54,697 nucleotides of DNA from a virus. Lineage: Duplodnaviria; Caudoviricetes. This document shows, piece by piece, positions 54,226-54,697 of this stretch. A model generated the notes under the pieces. It ran no database searches, had not been told where the DNA came from, and saw nothing but the letters and a program-made list of their open reading frames with translations. Made by a program: the position numbers and the translations under genes. The stretch's first letter is position 1, and every line of letters starts with the position of its first letter. The stretch spans positions 1 to 54,697 of the IMG/VR virus record IMGVR_UViG_3300010401_000010, one strand, 5' to 3'.

Positions 54226-54697
54226 ATGACGATCAGGATCACGACCAAGGGAATCGGAGCGCACGACCAGGACCTCGAACTTCGGCATCACACCCTGCTG
54301 GTGGGCCCGAACGGTTCGGGCAAGTCGAAGCTGGCTGAGGCGATCAGGATGCTGGCCCTGGGCTACGTGCCGGCGTTGGGGAAGCGACCGGTCGACCTGG
54401 CCGCGCTGATGCACGGCGAATCGATGTCGGTCGAGCTCACCATGGACGGCGGGCGGACCATCCGACGGACCCTGGAGCGGCGCGACCAGGGCTACACGGC
54501 CTCGGCGGAGGCCTCCTGGATGCGCCAGGCCAAGCCGGGCGAGGTGTCGAAGGCGATCACGAAGCTCTTCGGCAACGAGGAACTCGACGTGGCCGAGTGC
54601 CTGGACATCCGCCAGCTGCTCGCCGCCACTCCGAACCAGCGTTGTGCCCGGATGGAGGAGCTCCTCAACGCGGCCGCCCGGAGTGGCGACGACATCG
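54226..54697 (+). CDS. SMC/SbcC-like ABC ATPase, N-terminal part (continues at 124..1940 across the junction; 762 aa total)
   Basis: GGAGGT RBS; MTIRITTKG...LLVGPNGSGKSKLAEAI Walker A; in frame with ORF 15..1940. Confidence 0.88.
   Translation, partial: MTIRITTKGIGAHDQDLELRHHTLLVGPNGSGKSKLAEAIRMLALGYVPALGKRPVDLAALMHGESMSVELTMDGGRTIRRTLERRDQGYTASAEASWMRQAKPGEVSKAITKLFGNEELDVAECLDIRQLLAATPNQRCARMEELLNAAARSGDDI
54575..54697. repeat. Terminal direct repeat, right copy
   Basis: Identical to 1-123; the reading frame from 54226 continues in frame into the 15..1940 ORF. Confidence 0.97.

Larger units (their letters stand above)
1..54697. mobile_element. Complete tailed phage genome (siphovirus-like, possibly temperate)
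   Basis: Terminase, portal, protease/scaffold, capsid, tail tube, frameshift chaperone, tape measure and tyrosine recombinase present; no tail sheath recognised; circular closure. Confidence 0.93.

Overview
The window is a complete, circularly closed, GC-rich tailed dsDNA phage genome of about 54.57 kb. Bases 1-123 repeat exactly at 54575-54697, and one SMC/SbcC-like ATPase gene runs across that junction. Almost all genes are on the + strand, in this order: (1) recombination module (PD-(D/E)XK nuclease, putative annealing protein, SMC-like ATPase); (2) DNA-modification and regulatory genes (N4/N6 MTase, Mom-like, FliA-like sigma factor, ASCH, DUF1643, XRE HTH); (3) RuvC, a replication initiator with internal iterons, a HerA-like ATPase and a ParB-MTase fusion; (4) terminase, portal and head genes; (5) a siphovirus-like tail with a GGGAAAA -1 frameshift chaperone, two embedded GT2 glycosyltransferases, a three-module beta-helix spike and a Thr/Ser-rich repeat fibre; (6) a lysis-position cassette with a CheY-like receiver and no recognisable endolysin. 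A short - strand block holds a XerC/D-like recombinase and two moron-like genes. Two protein motifs suggest a Planctomycetota-like host (inference only). The most notable unexplained signals are a shared 13-nt sigma28-like motif directly before the recombinase and another - strand gene, a highly structured ~210-nt leader RNA with competing helices, a 16-bp inverted repeat covering RBS plus start codon of two convergent genes, and a tRNA-minihelix hairpin after the capsid gene. All product calls come from motif recognition by eye; no database search was run.
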